52,528 bases of DNA from Octopus bimaculoides (Eukaryota), in the NCBI RefSeq assembly GCF_001194135.2, contig NC_068982.1:70600994-70653521 (forward strand). The letters run 5' to 3'. Shown here piece by piece: positions 46,529 through 52,528 of the stretch. The position numbers were made by a program, and so were the translations under genes. How positions within the stretch are numbered: the stretch's first letter is position 1; every line of letters begins with the position of its first letter. Under the pieces are notes generated by a model, which was not told the DNA's origin, did not search any database, and was given only the letters and a program-made list of their open reading frames with translations.

Positions 46529-47878
46529 TTATTTCAAAAGCTGACTAACTGAAAAAGTAAAAAGTTTTTCATTCTCAGTTTTAATCAGATCAATTTCTTT
46601 CCTCAATTTAGCTATAGTCTCAGTTCTTTCGCGCGAACTCTGTTCTTCGTCTTCTGCGACTGAATCGCTTGGGATAATGTGGCTGTCGAGTTCACCGGCC
46701 AAAATAGTAGCAAAAACATCTGACTGGAATGGATATGACTGACCACACACATTGGTCTCTTGCAGGAAATTTTGAAAAAGGACAGATGAGATTTTATCTT
46801 TTTTGTTCATCATTTCTGTTTGAAATTTATGGATGGGGAAAGTTTCTTTGGACTTGGTTTCGAAAACAGAGCGATAGACGGGAGCGATAAAAGCATTAGT
46901 GACTGCCGTTTTGTGCATCAATGTTTTCAAACATCGACCATTAGATGTGTCCCACACTTTCACAGTGCAATCATCGGAACCAGACGCCAACAAACTACCG
47001 TCCATAGACACTGATAGACAATTGACATGTTTGCTGTGACCAAGAAAATAGAATTTAGTTTTATCCGATCCTCCACTCATAGTATCATCCGTTGTATTGG
47101 CTGAACCTTGTGACAGATCTACAACGTAAATTTTACCACTGCTACCACCGGCATAAAGGCGGTTTTCAGCCATGTTCATAGTAACAGACAAAAGACTTTC
47201 GGAAAACATAAAACTACACAAAAGCCGGCCAGTGGCAAGATCCCAAAATTTACATGTTCGATCAAGGGAAGAGGAGACAATGCGAGCTCGTATTCCACCG
47301 GCGCCAACATATAAGTCAGTTATAGGAAGTGTGTGGTCGTGCCATATAAACAATGGTTCTGGCGTAGAATTTTTATTGTTTTTGTTGTCCATAGCATTAA
47401 AAATATCGACCAAGGACCAGGCAATAATCTGATTGTCTTCTCCACCAGTTAAAAAAGTTAAGTTATCAGCAAACTTAATACACACGATGTTTTGAAAATG
47501 TTTCTGAATGACAGACAGAAGTTGACCAGTTAATACGCACCATACGTAAAGTTTTTCTTGGATTCCTGCAACACAATATAAACCGTCTGGAGAAACTGCC
47601 AATGAAGAAATATTTTTAGGAACTTCCATCTTTATAGCCGGAGACGAGGAGTTGGTGATATTCCATACACAAAGCACATTTTCAGAGGCCGACAAAAGAT
47701 AATTCTTTTTTATCAAACACAAGCCGTTAGCTATCGGACCGAGTTCTTCTCTGAAACATGCTAAAGCCGTGCATGAGTTGATATCTAATACACAAATACT
47801 TCCTTTCTGCCTACATTCGGAGCTTTTACTACCCAAATCACTCGATATAATAACTTCCGAACAGCGGAGAACCGACAT
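46529..47878 (-). CDS. WDR18: WD repeat protein 18 / IPI3 homologue (Rix1 complex), 449 aa, single exon
   Basis: Intact ORF; WD40 repeats; WHDHTLPITDLYVGAGGIRARIVSSSLDRTCKFW, GHSKHVNCLSVSMDGSLLASGSDDCTVKVWD and a C-terminal coiled coil LRKEIDLIKTENEKLFTFS match the WDR18 pattern as I recall it. Confidence 0.9.
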   Translation of the reverse strand: MSVLRCSEVIISSDLGSKSSECRQKGSICVLDINSCTALACFREELGPIANGLCLIKKNYLLSASENVLCVWNITNSSSPAIKMEVPKNISSLAVSPDGLYCVAGIQEKLYVWCVLTGQLLSVIQKHFQNIVCIKFADNLTFLTGGEDNQIIAWSLVDIFNAMDNKNNKNSTPEPLFIWHDHTLPITDLYVGAGGIRARIVSSSLDRTCKFWDLATGRLLCSFMFSESLLSVTMNMAENRLYAGGSSGKIYVVDLSQGSANTTDDTMSGGSDKTKFYFLGHSKHVNCLSVSMDGSLLASGSDDCTVKVWDTSNGRCLKTLMHKTAVTNAFIAPVYRSVFETKSKETFPIHKFQTEMMNKKDKISSVLFQNFLQETNVCGQSYPFQSDVFATILAGELDSHIIPSDSVAEDEEQSSRERTETIAKLRKEIDLIKTENEKLFTFSVSQLLK

Positions 47879-47894
47879 TTTTTATTTCGTTCTA

Positions 47895-47900
47895 CACGTG
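47895..47900. promoter_or_regulatory. E-box CACGTG in the WDR18 leader
   Basis: 17-22 nt upstream of the ATG. Confidence 0.4.
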
Positions 47901-47932
47901 CTACTGAGTTACCTGCTCCTTATTTTACTAAC

Positions 47933-47947
47933 TAGTGCCATCTAGCG
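47933..47947 (-). promoter_or_regulatory. CTCF-like motif upstream of WDR18
   Basis: Minus strand CGCTAGATGGCACTA fits the CTCF core CCASYAGRKGGCRSY closely. Confidence 0.4.
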
Positions 47948-48219
47948 ATTGAATTGCGTCCCTTGTTTTAAAGTTTGCTTCTAAAAATTTCATATTAAGC
48001 TTTGTGTGTTCTTTTTGTTATCATGTTTCCCATTGTCATGTAAATTTTCAATAGGTATCGACGTTTTGACAGTTATTAGTTTGTTTTTTTATTTCAAGAA
48101 CTTTCATTAAAAAAATTTTGAAAATTGCTTATACAATTTGCATCCAGTACCATATCAGAATTTAGAGAATAGCGAGAGCATGAATTAGTTTCAAGTTTAG
48201 GTTGTTTCCACATCAACTG

Positions 48220-49580
48220 AGGTTGGTAATGCGTTAAGACATGAAAATCACACTTGCCCATTCTGCCTATACATCTTACGTTCTTATTTCAAATTACTCT
48301 GAGGTCAACTTTGCCTTTCATCCTCTCGGGGTTGAGTACTAAGGCGGATGTAATCGACTAGGATCAAGTCCCAAAATTTCTGACCTTATGCCAAAATTTG
48401 AAACAATTATTGGTAAATTTTCAGATTAACACCCGCACGATTTTCACTAGGATGCTAGGGTTAGGGTTTTAGGGTTAGTTTAAGGGTTACGGTTAGGGAA
48501 TTCCGTCCCTAACCCTAACCCAAATCGTAACCCTAAACCCTGACCCTAAAACCCTAACACCCTAGAGAAAATCGTGCGGGTGTTAATCTGAAAATTTACC
48601 CAATTATTATGGTGATATAAGATGGTGAGCAGGGGAAATCGTTTGCACGCCGGACAAACTACCTTGCAGTATTTCTTCCGGCGCATTATGTTCTGAGTTC
48701 AAATTCAACCAAGGTCGACTTTTCTTTTTAGCCTTTCCTGGTCGATAAAATAATAACTAGTTGAACAATGTGGTCCATGTAATCGATTATCTCGCTTATT
48801 ATTATTATTAAGGCGGCGAGCTGGCAGAATCATTAGCACATCGGGCAAAATGCTTAGAAGCATTTCGTCTTGTCAGTACGTTCTGAGTTCAAATTCTGCT
48901 GAGGTCGACTTTGCTTTTAATTCTTTCGGAAGTCGATAAATTAAGTACCAGTTGAACACCGGGGTCGATATAATCGACTCGCACCCTCCTCCCAAATTCC
49001 TGGCCTTGTGGCGAAATTTGAAACTATTATTATTGGTGAGCACGCTGGACGAAATGCTTAGCGGTATTTCGCCCGTCGCGAGATTCTCAGTTCAAATTCC
49101 ACATCAACTTACTTTTTTTTTTTTTTTTTTTACTAATCTGGGCTCGATGAAATAAAGTATAGTCAAGTACTGGTCTCAAAAACTGTTGGCCTTGTGTCCA
49201 AATTAGAAACAGTTACCGGATTAACTTGTGGATAAGTTGCACCCTAATTAAGTGCTTCAAATCTTGGTACAAATTTTTCCCCTTCATATGCAAACTTGAT
49301 ATCGGTTTTGCCCCGTATATACGTTACACCTCAGTTTTTTCAGTTACAATCAGTTATAAAATAGTTCGCCTTATACACGGGTAAATATGGTATAATCATC
49401 CATTAGGGCGGTGGATTAGCGGAATCTTTAGGACACAGGAACATGTTTTACGGTATCGGTATTTATTCCGGTTATGTACGTTCTGGGTTCAAATCCCACC
49501 GAGTTAATATTTGCGTTTCATCCAACCGAGATTGATAAAACAAACTACTAGTCAAGTACTGGGGTCGATGATAAGTACTA
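48220..49580 (+). mobile_element. Cluster of five same-strand family A SINEs (~48220, 48620, 48811, 49036, 49400)
   Basis: Repeated GTTC(T/C)GAGTTCAAAT..GTCGAC..CATCC bodies with (ATT)n tails. Confidence 0.8.
48412..48600. mobile_element. 189-bp Merlin-like MITE with inverted TTAGGG-type arrays
   Basis: Perfect 34-bp TIR GGTAAATTTTCAGATTAACACCCGCACGATTTTC; perfect 8-bp TSD CAATTATT (48404-48411, 48601-48608); GGTAA fits the Merlin GGNRM terminus. Confidence 0.85.
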
Positions 49581-49950
49581 ACCTACACCTACAAAGAATG
49601 GAATTTGGGGGCGGGGGTTGGAAAGATAATCGAAAGAGCCCTCACACTAGAAAGAAACTTCTTCCAAAAAGCTTAGTGACGTTCTAATAGAGAATTTAAA
49701 ACATTAAAAAAAAAAAATTGGTGGGTTTGATATACAAGATATATGTACATGTATACATGTGAATAGAGAGAAAGCAAAGACCGAAAATTTCAGACTATGC
49801 CCTTTTAAGTATAAATAGAAAGATATTTATATATTAACAGAGCAAACTTACACAGCGTACAATGACACAGAAAATTAAAGGGGAGAATGTATGGTGTTAC
49901 AACAGCTGTTTGAGGGGACTCGGAATTACTTCATAGTGTTGGCAGGTGTA

Positions 49951-50067
49951 GTTCACAAAAATATGCAACCAGTAGTGGTTAGATATTTATCTCTCCACCC
50001 TGAAGACGGAGATCGGATCTACCCAATGTTTATATGCTTCCATTACTGGTTGCATATTTTTGTGAAC
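49951..50067. repeat. Perfect 24-bp inverted repeat around a hairpin-bearing spacer
   Basis: GTTCACAAAAATATGCAACCAGTA (49951-49974) / TACTGGTTGCATATTTTTGTGAAC (50044-50067). Confidence 0.85.
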
Positions 50068-50154
50068 TGAGAACATTCAGTCTTTTCTTTCTCACCATTT
50101 ACATATATACATATACGTATATTTACGTATATTTTATCTGTTTTTATATTTGCA

Positions 50155-50237
<83 letters not shown>

Positions 50238-50251
50238 ATATGAGAAACAAG

Positions 50252-50546
50252 TTAAAAATAATGGTCATTACATATAATTCTTTTATTTGAGCAAATTTGG
50301 CTTACAGCTGTTTCCAGTAATCATTATTGGTACATTACTGATAAGTTTACTCATAGCCATTTCTGAATATCCAAAAATGGTTATAAAGAAAGTAGTATTA
50401 ACTTTCTTAGGTCGTTCAATTTGCCTCAATTGATCAATAGACAATTGAGTAAACCTATCAGTAATGTATCTATAATAACTACTGGAAACAGCTGTAAGCC
50501 AAATTAGCTCAAATAAAAGAATTATATATAATGACCATTATTTTAA
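50252..50546. repeat. Foldback with ~100-bp arms and ~92-bp spacer
   Basis: Arms 50252-50353 and 50446-50546 are highly similar inverted copies, including CTTACAGCTGTTTCCAG. Confidence 0.9.
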
Positions 50547-50949
50547 ATTTGTGTTTTTTTATATATCACTCTGTGTAAAAATCAGTTTGTCTGGAGCCCA
50601 TACACGGATTTATAATATAGAATTATGATGAACCATAACTTGGGACACTACCAAAAGATTGCTTGGAGTTTTTCACTAATCTAAGTAATATTGTTAGCCT
50701 GGTGTGCCAACAGAGAGCTTGTGAAGTATTCTACCCAGATTGATAGCCTCTCGCTATTTGTTGTGTGTGTGTGTGTGTGTAACGGATGAAATTTGTAAAA
50801 GGTTGGAATTAATTTGTAACGGTTATGCTTTTAGTTGAAGTCGAGGGTCACTAATCGTAACGGTTAAGATTGATTAGGTACACAATAATATGAAATGTTG
50901 GAGTCAGCAGTTGTAACGATAAAAATTTGTTGTTATAACGGCAAGTTGT

Positions 50950-51655
50950 AAGATGAGAAAGATGAACAATGCATGAAGTTTTAAGAAAGTATTTATTTAC
51001 CGTTACGTTGAAAGTACCTTGTCTCGTCGGGCAGATTATAAAATCCGGGAGCATGCGAAAGAAAGTTAGATGTGGTAGAATTTTTCTTTGTATAGTTTTG
51101 TGTACACGTTGTTAGTAGTAATCCACATATAGTGATAGAATGATTTTGTAAGAGAACAGAATTAGAGCTAGTGAAAGTTGTAGGGTCGTAGGAAGGTGTC
51201 TCATAGTTGCTGACAGTAAATTTCATTTCTCTGTCTGACTATTGTCTATAGTAGCTGCCTTGCCTGTGATCATGATTCTAACAGTCCGTTCCCTAACTGA
51301 TTGAGTTGTCATGAGCCGACTTACTCAGTTGTCACCAAGCGACTACTGGTTTTTGCTTGGGGTGGGGGTTCTTGCTTTTATAACTATCCAGAAGGGTAGA
51401 CATATCGTTGGGAACAATGGGCTTCGTTGGTGGTACCGTGATATCTTTATTCTAGCTTTTGGTGAAGTAGAAGAGGTTATAAGGGTCCAGTGGTGAAGAC
51501 ATTATTTCGGACTAGCTAAAGTCATCTGGCATATGTAAAACTGCTGTCAGAGAAAAAAAACCCATTGTTCCACCGTGAGAAAAGTTCTCTTGAACTGTTA
51601 ATTTCTATTTGGCTATGGTGGATCGAATCCACTTCATGCTTGCAAGATTCACTAT
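50950..51655 (-). mobile_element. Decayed Penelope-like RT N-terminal region
   Basis: IMITGKAATID (cf. ADKG), YETPSYDPTT (cf. Y..L..DPT), PGFYNLP (cf. FY.LPKIHK), in the expected order. Confidence 0.5.
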
Positions 51656-51844
51656 NNNNNNNNNNNNNNNNNNNNNNNNNNNNNNNNNNNNNNNNNNNNN
51701 NNNNNNNNNNNNNNNNNNNNNNNNNNNNNNNNNNNNNNNNNNNNNNNNNNNNNNNNNNNNNNNNNNNNNNNNNNNNNNNNNNNNNNNNNNNNNNNNNNNN
51801 NNNNNNNNNNNNNNNNNNNNNNNNNNNNNNNNNNNNNNNNNNNN
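51656..51844. other. Assembly gap
   Basis: N run. Confidence 1.
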
Positions 51845-51999
51845 CCAACACCTTCACATCACACCACGCTGCACCATATCACACAACACATCACATCACA
51901 ACACACCACGCACACACCAGCACTGACCAATTCCCATCCCCACATTTTCACACCTTCACAACTACATACACACATGCATACGTTAAGATCACCAGCATT

Positions 52000-52290
52000 C
52001 TCTCACACATACGCACCTTCGTTTTGGGATCACTAATTCCTTGTTATCTCCCCTTCTTCTTAACTCTCCTGTGTGACCCTTCTGTCCGGCATTCGCCATG
52101 ATAGATCGCTGACCATTACACATATATTTTTTTTCTCTCCTTGTTTCTTTCTGCGTCCCTTTCTGTTGTAGAGCGTAGGCTCGAAACGTTAAAGTCTTTC
52201 TCTATTCACGAGCGTTATACTAATACATCCATTCGTTGTTTACACCACCTGTCTTCGTCTGTTGTTTTTTCGTGAATTCTCCCATATATA
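52000..52290 (+). mobile_element. Penelope-like terminal repeat with hammerhead-like motif
   Basis: FVLGSLIP (weak GIY-YIG-end similarity), then the CTG..GAGCGTAGGCTCGAAACGT motif; ends AATTCTCCC(TA)n, as at ~1208-1216. Confidence 0.5.
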
Positions 52291-52528
52291 TGTGTGTGTG
52301 TGTGTGTGTGTAACGGACACCTTATAATCTTAGATTGAGTTAGTTAAGATTTCATCATAGCTAAAAATAGATTGACAGCGCCCTTAGTGAAAATCGCTGT
52401 TCTGGGTTGTTGCATATCTCAGCTGAGTTGATAGCAGTTAAAACCGGTGTTCATACGTTCGAATCAGAAACCAGATTCAAACTGCTTACCTATTGTTCTC
52501 TGTGCTCTATTTATAGTCATCAGCGAGG

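Noticed and set aside
48412-48600. A true chromosome end or ancestral telomere fusion
   Set aside because: Arrays are short and variant and are bounded by TIRs and an 8-bp TSD, which indicates transposition.

Overview
Repeat-dense eukaryotic genomic DNA with five N-gaps. The heavy microsatellite load and the SINE families suggest a cephalopod, probably Octopus (inferred from repeat style only). Two protein genes are well supported and converge: a GT32-type (DxD, Gly_transf_sug-like) glycosyltransferase whose CDS lies in one exon (+, 36558-37583) and an intronless WDR18/IPI3 homologue (-, 46529-47878). Most other sequence is transposon-derived: many tRNA-derived SINEs, L1/Tx1, RTE, CR1/L2-group and Penelope-like fragments, two solo LTRs, a deleted mariner, a deleted piggyBac and several MITEs. 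Most notable: (i) a 189-bp Merlin-like MITE built from head-to-head TTAGGG/CCCTAA telomere-like arrays; (ii) an ORF1-only (HAL1-like) Tx1 derivative; (iii) one 3' tail shared by Tx1 LINE ends, the ORF1-only element and a SINE subfamily; (iv) minimal hammerhead-like motifs; (v) a CpG-depleted domain of about 16 kb between the genes. No CRISPR, rRNA or true tRNA gene was found. Most ORFs in the supplied track are microsatellite or gap artefacts. Repeat boundaries without a stated TSD are approximate.
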